A DNA stretch of 64,000 nt from the human T2T-CHM13v2.0 reference genome, Homo sapiens, in NCBI RefSeq assembly GCF_009914755.1, contig NC_060936.1, one strand, 5' to 3'. The position numbers and the translations under genes were made by a program. The notes below the pieces were generated by a model. The model searched no databases. It saw only the letters and a list, made by a program, of their open reading frames with translations, and was not told where the DNA came from. This document shows positions 45,001 through 58,599 of the stretch, piece by piece. How positions within the stretch are numbered: position 1 is the stretch's first letter; each line of letters opens with the position of its first letter.

Positions 45001-48000
45001 TAATGTCTTTTTCAATTCTATTTATTTAGATATTCTCTCTTTTTTTCTTAGTCTGGATAAAGGTTTGTCAATTTTGTTTAACTTTTCAAAAAACCAACTT
45101 TTTGTTTCATTGATTTTTTTGTATTCTTTATTTCAATTTCATTTATTTCTACTCTGATCTTTATTATTTCTTTTTTATTTTTTAACTTTCATTTTAAGTT
45201 CAGGGGTACTAGCGCAGGTTTGTTATATCAGTAAACTTGTGTCATGGTGGCTTATTGTACAGATTATTTCATCACCTAGGTATTAAGCCTAGTCTCCGTT
45301 AGTTATTTTTCCTGATCTTCTCCCTCCTCCCACCCTCCACCCTCCACCCTCCAAAAGGCCTCAGCGTGAGTTGTTCCCCTCTTTGTGTTCATGTGTTCTC
45401 ATCATTTAACTTCCACTTAAAAGTGAGAACATGTGGTATTTGGTTTTCTGTTCCTGAGTTAGTTTGCTAAGGATAATGGCCTCCAGCTCCATCCATGTCC
45501 TTGCAAAGGACATGATTTCATTTTTTATGGCTGCACGGTATTCCTTGGTGTGTATGTACTACATTTTCATTATCCAGTCTATCATTGATGGGCATTTAGG
45601 TTGATTTCATGTCTTTGCTATTGTGAATAGCTCTACAATGAACATACATGTGTATGATTTATAATCCTTTGGGTATATACCCAGTAAAGGGATTGCTGGG
45701 TTGAATGGTATCTCTGTCTTTAGATCTTTGAGGAATCAACACACTGCCTTCTACAATGGCTGAACTAATTCACACTCCCATCAACAGTGTACAAGCATTC
45801 CTTTTTCTTCACAACCTTGCCAGCATCTGTTATTTTCTTCTTTTTAATAATAACCACCTTACTTCAAACTATACTACAGGGCTACAACAACCAAAACATC
45901 ATGGTACTAGTACAAAAACGGACACATAGACCAATGGAACAGAATAGAGAACCCAGAAAAAAGACCACACACCTGTAACTATCTGATCTTCAACAAACCT
46001 GACAAAAACAAGCAATGGGGAAAGGATTCCCTATTCAATAAATGGTGCTGGGATAACTGGCTAGCCATATGCAGAAGATTGAAACTGGACCTCTTCCTTA
46101 CACCATATACAAAAATTAACTCAAGATGGATTAAAACTTAAATGTAAAACTCAAAACTATAAAAACCCTGGAAGACAACCTAGGCAGTACCATTCAGGAC
46201 ATAGGGACAGGCAAAGATTTCATGACAAAGATGCCAAAAGCAATAGCAACAAAAGGAAAAATGGACAAATGTGATCTATTAGTTATTTCCTACTACAATT
46301 TTGGATTTGGTTTCCTCTTGCTTTTCTAGTTCTTTAAGATGCATCATTAGATTGTTTGAAATTTTTACTGTTTTTGATGTAGGCACTTAGAATAAACATT
46401 CCTCTTAGTACTGTTTTTGCTATATTCCATAGGTTTTGGTATGTTGTGTTTCCATTATCATTTGTTTTAAGAAATTTTCCAATTTCCTTCTTAATTTCTT
46501 CATTGACTCACTGGTCATTCAGGAGCATATTGTTTAATTTCCATGTGTCTGTATAGTTTCCCAAATTTCTCTTGTTATTGATTTCTAGTTTTATTCCACT
46601 GTGGTCAGAGAAGATGCATGCGATTATTTTTATTTTTTGAATGTTTTAAGACTTGTTTGTGACCTAACATATGGTCTGTCCTTGAGAATGATCCATGTGC
46701 TGAGGAGAAGTGTATTCCGCAGCCACTGGATGAAATGTCTGTAAATATCTATTAGATACACTTTGTCTATAGTACAGATTAAGTCTGATGTTTCTTTGTT
46801 GATTTTCTGTCTGGAAGATCTGTCCAGTGCTGAAAATAGGATGTTAAAGTCTTCTGCTATTACTGTATTGGGGCCTATCTCTCTATTTAGCTCTAATAAT
46901 ATTTGCTTTATATATCTGGATGCTCCAGTGTTGGGTGCATATATATTTAAAATTGTTATAGCCTCTGGCTAAATTGACCCCTTTTTTATTATATAGTGAC
47001 CTTCTTTGTCTCTTCTTATAGTTTTTGTCTTGAAATCTATTTTGCCTGATATAAATATAGCTACTCGGCTTTGTTTTGGTTTCCATTGGTATGGAATATC
47101 TTTTTCCATCCCTTTATTTTTAGTTTATGCGTGTTTTTATAGGTGAAGTATGTTTCTTATAGGCAACAGATCAGTGGGTCTTGTTTTTTCATTCATTTGG
47201 CCACTCTATGTCTTGATTGGAGAGTTAAGTCCATTTACATTCAATGTTATTATTGATAAGAAAGGACTTACTTCTGCTATTTTGTTATCTGTTTTCTGAT
47301 TGTTTTGTGGTCTTTTCTTTCTTGTTTCTTCTCTTTCCTGTCTTCCTCTAGTGAAGGTGATTTTCTCTGTTGATATGATTTAGTTTCTTGCTTTTTATTT
47401 TTTTGTGTATCTGTTGTATGTTTTTTGGTTTGGGGTTTTCATGAGGCTTGCAATACTATCTTATCATCCATTATTTTAAGATGATGATGGCTTAACACTA
47501 TTTGCATAAACAGACAACCAAACAATTGAAAAAAAAAAAAAACTAATAAAAACTCTACACCTTGACTTTGTCCCCCCACTTTTTAACTTTTTGTTGTTTC
47601 TATTTATATCTTACTGTACTATGTCTTGAAAAGGTTTTGTAGTTATTATTGTTGATCGATTCATTATTTAGACTTTCTATTTAGGATAAGAGTAGTTTAT
47701 ACACCACAGTTACAGTGTTATAATATTCTGTGGTTTTCTGTGTACTGACTATCACCAGTGAATTTTATCCCTATAGATGATTACTTAGGGCTCATTAACA
47801 TCCTTTTCTTTCTGACTGAAGTACTCCCTTTAGCATTTCTTGTAGGATTGGTCTGGTGTTGATGAAGTCTTTCAGCTTTTGTTTTTGTGGGAAAGTCTTT
47901 ATTTCTCCTTCATGTCTGAAGGATATTTTCACTGTATATGTTGTTCTAGGGTAAAAGTTTTTTCCTTCAACACTTTACATATGTCATGTCACTCTCTCCT

Positions 48001-50681
48001 GGCCTGTAAGGTTTCCATGGAAAAGTCTGCTGCCAGAAAGTATGGGAGCTGCATTGTACGTTGTCCTCTTGCTGCTTTTAGCATCCTTTCTTTATCCTTG
48101 ATCTTTGGGAGTTTGATTATTAAATGCCTTGAGGTAGTTTTCTTTGGGTTAAATCTGCTTAGTGTTCTGTAACATTCTTGTACTTGGACATTGATATCTT
48201 TCTCTAGGTTTGGGAAGTTCTGTGTTGTTATCCCTTTGAATAAACTTTCTACCCCTATCTCTTTCTCTACCTCCTCTTTCAGGCCTGTAACTCTTACATT
48301 TTTCCTTTTGAGGCTATTTTCTAGATGCTGTAGGCGTGCTTCATTGCTTTGTATTCTTTTTTCTTTTGTCTCCTCTGACTATGTATTTTACAAATAGCCT
48401 GTCCTCAAGCTTACTGATTCTCCCTTCTGTTTGACCAATTCTGCTATTAAAAGATACTGGTGCATTCTTCAGTATGCCAGTTGCATTTATCAGCTCCAGA
48501 ATTTCTGCTTGATTGTTTTTTATTATTTCCATCTCATTGTTAAATTTATCTGATAGAATTCTGAATTCCTTCTCTAATTATCTTGAATTTCTTTGAGTTT
48601 CCTCAAAACAGCTATTTTGAATTTTCCATCTGAAAGGTCCCTTGTCTCTGTTTCTCTAGGATTGGTCCCTTCATTCATTTGGTGAGATGATGTTTTCCTG
48701 AATTATCTTGATACTTGTAAATGTTCTTCTGTGTCTGAGCATTGAAGAGTTAGTCTACTTATTCTAAGTAAAGACTACTTATTGTAGTCTTTACTGTCTA
48801 GGCTTGTTTGTACCCATCCTTCTTGGGAAGGCTTTCCAGATATTCAAAAAGACATGGGTGTTATGGTCTAAGCTGTACCTGCTTTAGGGGGCACCCCAAG
48901 CCCAGTAATGCTGTGGTTCTTCCAGACTCATAGAAGTACCACCTTGATGGTCTTGGATAAGATCCGGGAGAATCCTGTGGATTACCAGGCAGAGACCCTT
49001 GTTCTCTTCCCTTACGTCTCCCAAACAAATGGAGTCTATCTCTCTTTCTGTTCTGAGCTACCTAAAGCTGGGGGTGGAGTGACACAAGCAACCCCGTGAC
49101 CACCGCCACTGTGACTGCTCTGGGTCAGACCTGAAGGTAGCACAGAACTGGGTCTCACTCAAGGCCTGCTGTAACCACTCACTGTGTACTTCCTATGTTC
49201 CCTTGAGACCCTGGTGCTCTACAATCAGTAGGTGGCAAAGCCAGGACACAGGACACAGGCCTGTGTCCTTCCTTTCGGGGCCGTGTGTTCCTCCAGGTCC
49301 CAAGTGGGTCCAGAGGTGCTGTCTGGCAGTCAGACACTAAAGTAAAATACCTTAAAAGTCTACCTCATGTTTTATTATATTGTGACTGAGCTTGACTGAG
49401 CTGGCACTCAAACCACAAGACACACTTCTTCCCACTCTTCCCTCCTCTTTCCAAAGTTAGAGGCCAGTGCCACCACAGACCCACAGGGAGTCCTGCCAGA
49501 CTACCACTCATGTTCCCTTAGGGCCCAAGGACTCTCAAGTTAGCTTATGATGAATGCTGCCTGGCTTAAGACTCACCCATCAGGGAAGTGGGCTCCCTTC
49601 TGGCCCAGAGCAGGTCCAGAAATGCCATCTAAGAGTCAAGTCCTGGAATCAGGGACCCCCAAGAGACTGCTTGGTGCTCTACCCACCTGTGGCCGAGCTG
49701 GTACCTAAAGCCAGCAAGTCTCAGAGACTTACCCACGGCCCTCAATGTAGTATTGGGTATTGCTGCTAGTTGTTCAGGGTCCCAGGGCTCTTCGCCTAGC
49801 AGGTGATAAATGCTGCCAGGACTGGGTCCTTCCCTTCAAGGCAGCGAGCTCCCTTCTGGCCCAGGGTGTGTTTAGAAATGTCATCTGGGAGCTAGGGCCT
49901 GGACCAGGGACCACACAACTCTGACTGATTTCCTAGCCTGCTGTAACTGAGCTGATATCCAAGATGCAGTCAAAGTCCTCCTCACTTCTCCCTCTCCTCT
50001 CCTCAAGTGGAAGGAAGGGGTCTGTTTTGGAGCTGCAAGTTGTACATCCTGGGGTTAGGGATGGGTCATGCCAGTACTGCCTTAGTGGCCCCAATTGATA
50101 TTTCAGTAGGTTGTGTGACCTGCCTCCCCACCCCCAATCCACTGTCTCTGGGCCCAGTTCAGCACTAGGATTCCCCTAATAGTTGCCTAGACTGCCTTTC
50201 AGGCTTACTTAGAGACTCAAAGCACTTTAGCCTGGTGGCAAGGTTTGTGGGAACTCAAGGTCCTACTTCTGGGATCAGTGATTTCCCTCTGGCTGGGGCT
50301 GGTTTAAATGCTCCCTCTTTGGGTGGGCATCAGCTGAGTTTGGTTCAGTTTTCCTTTCTGCTCTAACAGGACAGCACTGAGTTGAGTGCCTCACGATTGC
50401 TGTGCTCTTCCTCCCCCAACACACAGAAATGCTGTCTACACCATGCTGCAGCTACTGGGGATGGGGGAGGGGTAGCATCAGTGATTCGCTACTGTCCTTT
50501 CTACCTCTTCAGTGCCTTTTTCAGCAATATGAAGTTAAAATATGAGTACTGTGAGTGCTTAACTGATTTTTGGTTCTTATGAAGGTGCTTTGCTTGTGTA
50601 AATAGTGGTTAAATTTGTATCCTTGTCAGGGGGATGATTGGTGGAGCCTTCTAGTCCACCATCTTGCTCCACCACTTCTCC
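42054..50681 (-). mobile_element. Apparently full-length old L1 (L1MA2/3-like), degenerate, in intron 6
   Basis: 3' end near 42060, ORF2/ORF1 remnants, GC-richer 5' UTR ending in minus-strand CAAGATGG; flanks CAACCTAAATTT (42042-42053) and CAACCTGAATTT (50682-50693). Confidence 0.85.
45171..46281 (-). mobile_element. Nested older L1PA element with 5' inversion
   Basis: Antisense L1PA 3' end at 45171-45855, then sense ORF2 segment 45856-46281, then host L1 resumes. Confidence 0.88.
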
Positions 50682-51856
50682 CAACCTGAATTTTTGTGCT
50701 CTATAAGGGAATTCAGGATGCAAACCAAGAAAAATAGAGAAATTACAAGTGCAGATTCAAGATATGTCAGTGTATTGGTTAACTCTTGCCAAAAAATGTC
50801 ACGCAATAAATCAACCCAAACTCAGTGCCTTAAAGCAGCAATAATCAATTCTCACAGATTTGCAGATCCAGCTGGCTTGGATGGAGTGGCCGTGTTCCAC
50901 ATGTGTTCACTCTGGGGCTCAGGCAAATGTGGGATAGCAGCTACCTAGGACAGAAAGCTCTTCTTACGGTGTGTAAGAGGGCAAATGGGACCATGTGAAG
51001 TCTCGTAAGGCCTAGGTTTAGAAGTAGCAAACTATTTCAGAGTAAGTCACATGGCCAACCCTGAAATGGTGTGAAGAATTAGGGCCAATAAATTTCATGA
51101 ATCAGAATCAATTTAGAAGAGATTTTGTGGATAAAATATCATTTCCACAGTATCTCTTTTACCTTTTTGGTGTAATCTACAGGGCCTCATTAGAAGGGGC
51201 TGGCCCGGGGGTTTGTGATTGTTCTTGGTAGTTCATCTTTTTTCATCTTCCAGCCTAAGGCCGAACTCTTAAAAGAGGCAATGGAAAGTAGTCGAAATTA
51301 CACAGGTGTTGGAGACAGACAGACTTAAGTCAAAATCCTGCTTTGCCTCTTAAGAGTTTTTGTGCAACATACAAGCCCTCTAAGCCATACCTGCTGCATT
51401 AAGCACCTAGTATGGTGAGTGACATATGGTTTACACTCAATAAATGTTTAACGGTAAAAATGACAATAATAAGAATGTCAGGGTGGCATTGTAACAAACA
51501 CTGACCCTGAGTTGTAATGCTGTCTCTGCTAAGTCACTGTGGACTAAGCTTCTATAAGATGACCTTTTTTCCCCCTCCAAGCCCTGAAATTCTGTGCTTG
51601 TGACAAGGTGATCTCTGATCCACTGTGGTGTCTGGAGGAACAAAGTAATTTCCCATCTAGAGTTTATTTCATTCCACTGTCTTTAATTTCTTTCTAACTG
51701 AAACTGATGACCCCATAGCCATGTACTGTACCCAGTAAGGACCCACTCAGGACTCCACATTTAATGTTAACAAATGAATTTTGAGTCTTTTCTGGGTTAT
51801 ACCTTAAGCCATAATCATTCTTTGGCAGAGAAAACTAACCTTTTTTGGATGGTGGT

Positions 51857-52235
51857 TGATGTGGTTAGGCTTTGTGTCCGCACTCATATCTCATCTTAAA
51901 TTATAATCCCCATAATCCCCATGTGTCAAAGGAGAGACCAGGTGGAGGTCATTGGATCATGTCGGGGGGGTTTTCCCCAGGTGGTTCTCCTGATAGTGAG
52001 TGAGTTTTCACAAGATCTGATGGTTTTATAAGTGTTTGGTAGTTCCTCCTGCGTTCATTCTCCTTCCTGCTGCCTTGTGAAGAAGGTGCCTTGCTTCCCC
52101 TTTGCCTTCTGCCATGATTGTAATTTTCCTGAGGCTTCCCTAGCCATGCTGAATTGTGAGTCAATGAAACCTCTTTCCTATAAGTTACCCAGTCTCAGGC
52201 AGTTCTCTATGGCAGTGTGAAAACAGACAAATGCA
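51857..52235 (+). mobile_element. THE1 (MaLR) solo LTR, THE1C-like
   Basis: TGATGTGGTTAGGCTTTGTGTCC...AATCCCCATAATCCCC...ACCCAGTCTCAGG; 5-bp TSD GTGGT. Confidence 0.92.
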
Positions 52236-53598
52236 GTGGTCTGATCAGTTTTCCCATTTGTGAAATGAAGAGAAGCATTTTGTTTAATGTACCTCATAAG
52301 AATGATGGTACAGTCACAATGTAATAATGAATTTGATATAATTTTATAAAGATATTAATTAGAATGCTCATTCAGCTTCTCTGACAGAGGCTAAAATAAC
52401 AGAAGCTTCAACATGATAGAAATTAATTTCTCTTTCCTATAACAGTTTGAACATAAGCAGTTCAGGATTGATATGGCAGCTCTAGGGTGATAGGGGCCAA
52501 GACTTTTATTTGGTGGTCCTGCCACACTCAACACCATATTTGTATTCTAGCCAGTAGGAAGATAAAAGGGGGAAAGAGAGAGAGCAAGCTCTTTCTTTTT
52601 AAGAGCACTACCTGAAAGTTGTGTATATTATTTCTTTTCACATTCTGTTGGCCATTACCTAGTTACATGGCCACACCTGTGTGCAAAGGAGTCTGGGAAA
52701 TATAGATTTTAGTTACTGGGTTATGTGCCCAGATGTTTCTTCTATCACTGTAGATATAGAGCAGAATCAGAATAGACACTGGGAGTACAGGTACTGTCTA
52801 ACACAAAAAATATAAATGCAAAAATAATAACTTTATTTACGGTACTTAGCAAAGTCTTGAGGATGACCCTAGTTACACTGTGGCTAGGTTTTCTTACCTA
52901 CCAGAGCTTTAGGTGAATTCCCCAATTCTTCAACTTAAGACCCAAAGCCCTCATTATTTCTGAGTTCCTGATGCTTTGTTCTCTCCTTCTGCACCTAGGC
53001 TGAGTCTCTCTGTTTTCATTCTCCCAAACACACACAGAACACTGCCATTTCAGTTTCTACAAGACATTCTTTCTTTTAATATTTTGTGATTTTTAAAATG
53101 GACTTTGCTTAAAATATAGGGTCATCCTTTTCCTTTTTTTTTGGATCAAGCAGTTCTGCCCATATCCAGCTTCTTGGTTTGTGTGAGACTATTTGCCTTT
53201 TAAAACATCTAAGTACTTATTAGGATTTTTCTCCAGTAGCAGATCTTGAACATCAGAGCTGCATGGAGTGCTTTATTCTGACATCTAGTGGCCATGACAG
53301 GGATGGTGCTCATCAATGTGTGTAAATGGAGATGATGGGTAGGAAAGGTTAAGAAGGGAGATGATGGGTAGGAAAGAAAAAACAGCATTTGTTGAGCACC
53401 TTGTATATTTCACACACTGTGCCAGAACTGAACATGTAACTTCCTGGGCTCACAATGCAGCTCTGTCATTTACTAGCTGGTAAACATGGGCAGGTTACTT
53501 AAAGGGAGATACCTGTATGGTGAGGACTAAATTTATGCAAAGTGTTAGGACAGTATATGGCACAAAGTAATATATTATTATCAGCAGAAGCTTAATGT

Positions 53599-53601
<3 letters not shown>

Positions 53602-53664
<63 letters not shown>
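53602..53664. repeat. Compound (TG)n(GA)n microsatellite
   Basis: Directly visible. Confidence 0.98.
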
Positions 53665-53668
<4 letters not shown>

Positions 53669-53763
53669 GGAAGGAATTTGGCAAGTGGGAATAAATTTGG
53701 AGAGCAGAGTTTGAAAACTTTTGGGCAAAGCTAATTATGGGCATTACTTCATAAACGGCAATC

Positions 53764-54062
53764 TTTTTTTTTTTTTCTTTTGAGACAGAGTCTTGCTCTG
53801 TTTCCCAGGCTGGCGTGCAGTGGCGCAATCTAGGCTCATTGCAACCTCCACCTCCCAGGTTCAAGTGATTCTCCTGCCTCAGCTCCTGAGTAGCTGGAAT
53901 TACAGGTGTGCACCACCACACCAGGCTAATTTTTGTATTTGTAGTAGAGACAGGGTTTCACCATGTTGGCCAGGCTGGTCTCAAATTCCTGACCTCAAGT
54001 GATCTGCCTGCCTCGGCCTCCCAAATTGCTGGGATTACAGGCATGAACCACCACACCTGGCC
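53764..54062 (-). mobile_element. AluS-type
   Basis: Antisense Alu; GCAATCTT on both flanks. Confidence 0.93.
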
Positions 54063-54422
54063 TCAGCAATCTTGACTTTTAACTTGAATTTAAGATTTCT
54101 TATGATAACAGTTAATTTTTCTCCCTGAATTCACGTGAGTTGAAAACCTCCATCAGCTAGGAAAATTGGAGTAAGGTAATATTTGGATTTTTGAATGTTT
54201 GGCTAGAGAGAATAATAATATCTGAGTGCAAGCTGGATGTAACCTCCACATGATTCTGGGGGCCAATGAGGAGAGCCAGAGAAGGATAATGAAAGAAAAT
54301 GTGCACTTCAGGTTATCTCAGAGGCTGCCATAACTGATTCCTTGTTACATCATTTAATCCCAGTGAAAACCCAAATAGTGGCTGTGCCCTTATAGCAGAT
54401 GAATAAGTTGAGGGTCAACTTA

Positions 54423-54488
54423 TTCCATCATTGCACACCTGGCAGCTAGAGGCAAAACACTCTAGCTGCCAGGTGTGCAATGATGGAA
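54423..54488. repeat. Perfect inverted repeat, 29-bp arms, 8-nt loop
   Basis: TTCCATCATTGCACACCTGGCAGCTAGAG-gcaaaaca-CTCTAGCTGCCAGGTGTGCAATGATGGAA. Confidence 0.99.
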
Positions 54489-54997
54489 CCAGAATTTGAA
54501 CATAGGTCAGTCTGATTTCAAAGCCTTGCTTTTTTTTCTTTTTTTTTTAGTCCATTGTTCTGGCAAATAGGGTGCAAAGGAAGGGGAATCTAGGGTTTTA
54601 AGAAGTGAAGAAAAGGATGAAAACAATTTGAAAGTCAGATAATGAGACTGACTACTCAGTTGGACACTCTTGATAAGTTAACTGAACCGCCGTGGCCTAA
54701 GCTACACACTGTTATCTCAGGTGCTCCCATTGGCATGAGCGTGGTAGGTTGCTAGCCACTGCTATGGGCTAATTACCTTCCAGAAACTGCATCTCACTTA
54801 GGCAACCGTGAAGAGAAGACACAGGAGACATCACGTCGATCCAATATGATTAAATAGTCCTATTAGCTACTGAGATGAACATAATATTTTCTAAGCTCAA
54901 TATTAGAATGTGTGTTTTGATTAGTATGTTTTGTACCCATCAGGATGGTAAAAATGAGTATTTGTAATTGGGTCATAAGGCATTTGGTCAAGTTATG

Positions 54998-55557
54998 CAA
55001 ATTAGTTATCTATTGCTGTATAACGATGTTATCACCAGCTTAGTGTTTTAAAGCAAGATGCATTCATTATTTCACAGTTTCTGCGGGTCAGAGGTCCATG
55101 CACAGTTTAGCTGGGTCTTCTGTAAGGCTGCCATCAAGGTGTCAGCCAGAGTTGGGTTCTCATCTGGGCTCCACTGGGGAAAGATCTGCTTTCAAGCTCA
55201 CATTATTGTTGGCAGCATTCAGTTCCTTGAAGTCTTCCAGGCTGAGGAAGCATTCAGTTTTATGCTGGGTATCAGTTGGAAGCCACTCTTAATGTCTTCC
55301 CTTTTTATGTGTTAGCTGACAGCATGGCAGCTTCCTTCTTCAAAGCCAACAAAAGAGAGCATCTCTTGGCAAAATGGACCCTCCAATCTTATGCAGTGTA
55401 TTCATGATCCATGTAATCAAGCACATCCTGCCATCCTTGCCATATTCTGTTGGTTAGAAGCAGGTCACAGGCCCACACTCAAGGGGAGGGGATCAGGCAA
55501 GGCTGTAGACACCAGGAGGAGGGATCATGGGGTCACTTTGGCGTCTGTCTGCCACAT
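54998..55557 (-). mobile_element. MLT1-type MaLR LTR, old
   Basis: TTAGTTATCTATTGCTGTATAAC...TCACAGTTTCTG...CTGCCACA typical of antisense MLT1. Confidence 0.7.
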
Positions 55558-55944
55558 TGCCCTTTGTCTAGCATGCAGGCAGAGAAGGGGCATGAGGAAC
55601 TTAGTGCAGTGAGAGTGGCTCAGGGCATGGTGCCTCTCAGGACATGGGCACTTTCCTTGGGGATAAGGGAGCAGAGGCAGCCCCTCCTTTGGTCCATGTA
55701 GGAGGACTTCCTGAAAGAAGTATGATTCAGGAGTTGTTTGAATGACAGAAGAGAAGCAGTTCAGTAGACTTCTAAGGAAAGATGATTTAGATAAGAAAGT
55801 TAGAGGAGGCAATATAAAGGCAGGAGTGGGAGGACTGAGCTTACATTCTTTAAAAACGGCTCTAAAATGTAGTCTTCTTGTGTCAATAAGCTATGCAATT
55901 CATTGGCTGTGAAGCACGGGTGATTTTTTGGTCTTCTTCTGCAG

Positions 55945-56130
55945 GTGTGGCAGTGTGGAGGGAAGGTCGAGATTTTGCCCTGTTCCCGGATTGCCCACCT
56001 AGAGAGACACCACAAGCCCTACGCCTTGGATCTCACCGCTGCCTTGAAGCGCAATGCTCTGCGAGTGGCCGAAATCTGGATGGATGAGCACAAACACATG
56101 GTCTACTTGGCCTGGAACATACCTCTCCAG
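55945..56130 (+). CDS. GALNT8: GALNT8 coding exon 7
   Basis: Acceptor cttcttctgcag|; VWQCGGKVEILPCSRIAHLER...RNALRVAEIWMDE...NIPLQ; donor CAG|GTGAGT; 186 nt. Confidence 0.97.
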
Positions 56131-57762
56131 GTGAGTCATGGAATTGAACAGCAGCACGGAAGAATGAAAGAGGAGGAGGTGGCGGTTATGTAATGGGGAG
56201 GGATAAAGCAAAAGTGCCATCGCAGCCCTAAAGAATTAGGGTAAGGTCCTGATGGTGTGATAATAATGGCTCTTAACATTTATGTAACAGTACAGTACTG
56301 CATTCCGGACCCTTCTATATATTAACTTATTAGCCGTCACAACATATGTAGGGGATAGGTTTTATTTTTATTATTCTAAATTTTACAGATGAGGAAGCTG
56401 AGGCACAGAGAGTTGGAAGAAACTTGTTTAAGGTAATGCAGGGAGTAAGATTCAAACCAAGGAAATCTGGCTTCTAAGTTCCATGTTCTTCATCTCTCTT
56501 TTATAATGAGAGATATAAACATAGCAGGTATGATGTGGGGTGGTAGGAGAAGGCACTGTAATCTTGTTGGATGCACAAGAATGAGGATAGCATTCTTTTT
56601 TAAGTTGTTTTTTTGGTACAGATAGGGTCTTGCTATTTTGCCCAGGCTGGTCTGGAACTCCTGGCCTCCCAAAATGTTGAGTTTAAAAGTGTTAGCCCCT
56701 GCACCCAGCCAAGGTTGGCCTTCTGAGCTAAGCCCACATCTTATACACTGGCTGCTTAAGGTCGTGCTGTGCTCTCTCGTGTCCCTGAGCTCTGGCTCCG
56801 GGCCAGAGCATGTGGAGCTGTGTTGGCCCACAGGGAGGAGTTATCTCATTGACAAACTCATCCCTCCATCGTAGTGGGTTCTAATGTAGCCCCCAGAAAG
56901 ACAGGGAGTCAGGATGGTGGGTAACTGTGGATGGACCTAGAAGAGAAAGTCTGGAAGGACTCCTAGGGTCAGGAGCCAGGTTAACACTGGGATCACTAGG
57001 TCTGGAGATTGTAAAAATGTGCAGAAATGCCTGAGCCTTCTTTATCATTTAAAGATACCAAAATGCTTCCTTTCCTAATCCAAGCTGCCAATAACCTCTT
57101 ACAGTTGGATCATTGTTTGAAGAGAGATGGGTAAGAGTTGATTCTGATGTCCCAGTATACCAAGGTATGATAGGAAAACAAGTACCCTCCAGGACATCCC
57201 TAGCTTTTTTATTTCCACACAGTCATATTGTGACTGTCCCAAGCTGTACAAAGAATTGTCTGTAAAATACTGAACTGTCAAAGGATGATCTAAATTTTTA
57301 CATGGGATGATCCACAATGAGCCCCAAAGGAAAATTCTGGGAAGAGGGCAGATACACAAGTGGTTTCTGCTTTTCCTAATTTGCCTCTTTAGTATTATTT
57401 TACATTGATTCCCCACAAATATCACTTCTAAAAAAGTCTCTTTTAATCTCCAAATCTTGGTATTAGAGTATTCCTTCCAAAAGCCTTTTCTGGCCATATC
57501 ATGAGGAGTATGTTGGGTTTTATTGATGTAAATATCATCTCAAAGAGGAGCAATCTGCGTAAGCTTATGAGGAGAAATAAACCTGAGCGGCCCCACTATG
57601 CAGGCCTTGAAGGAGCAGAATTTGAAAGAGCAGAATTTTCTAGGGTTTAAGGTTTTTCCACTTTCTCTGGAAATATAAAATATCAAGGTTACTTCACAGG
57701 CTATCAGAAAAAGACTCAGTTCCATCATGCGTGGTCCATACCCACTGGTGGAGTGAAGGAGC

Positions 57763-58191
57763 TGTTAAAAGAAAAACTTCAGCCAAATTAAATTTAAAGG
57801 AGTTTAGCTGGGCAATGAATGATTCGCAAATGCGGCAGCACCCAGAATCACAGCAGATTCAGAGACTCCAGCGCAGCCATGTGGTGGAAGAAGATTTATA
57901 GACCAAAAAAAAGGGAAGTGACGTACAGACATCGGAAGTGAGGTACAGAAACAGCTGGATTGGTTACAGCTCCGTGTTTGCCTTATTTGAACACTTGAAC
58001 ACTGGACAATGGATGAATGGTTGAAGTATGGCTGCTGGGATTGGCCAAGACCCAGCTATTGTTACAGGTGCATAGTCCTAAGTTAGGGTTTCAATCTTGT
58101 CTATCCATTAAGTTGGGTTGCAGTCCGTCCACAAGGACTCACATGCAGAAATATGGAGTCCTTCTCAGGCCATATTTAGTTCGCTTTAACA
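57763..58191 (-). mobile_element. ERV1 solo LTR, MER57A-like
   Basis: Minus strand TGTTAAAGCGAACTAAATATGGCCTGAGAAGGACTCC...TTTTTCTTTTAACA; 4-bp TSD GAGC. Confidence 0.88.
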
Positions 58192-58239
58192 GAGCTTTCA
58201 TGAATCAAAGCACAGAAACACTTGGCGTTTTATTTACAG

Positions 58240-58377
58240 AACTCTGGAATAGATTTTGGAGACGTTTCTTCCAGAATGGCACTCCGGGAAAAACTGAAAT
58301 GTAAAACTTTTGACTGGTACCTGAAAAATGTTTATCCACTCTTGAAGCCACTCCACACCATCGTGGGCTATGGAAGA
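58240..58377 (+). CDS. GALNT8: GALNT8 coding exon 8 (end of catalytic domain, linker)
   Basis: Acceptor tatttacag|; [33 protein letters not shown]...GYGR; donor AGA|GTATGT; 138 nt. Confidence 0.97.
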
Positions 58378-58599
58378 GTATGTATTATGAAATTGCACTT
58401 TGGATTTTAAATGTTTGACTGTGAAAGACAATGCGGCCTGAATCTCGTGATTGCCTGTCCTGCCCAAGACGCCCTTCCTACCTCAGCTTTCTACTCAGCT
58501 CTTCGCCCTCAACCCTCTCAGTTTCCTTTTGTCCCTTGCTCCCCGATCCCCATCTCTTTTCCTTCTCTCTGCTTCTACTCCCCTTGAAAACTATAGCTC

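Noticed and set aside
53328-53376. 20-bp direct repeat GGAGATGATGGGTAGGAAAG
   Set aside because: Ordinary short slippage duplication
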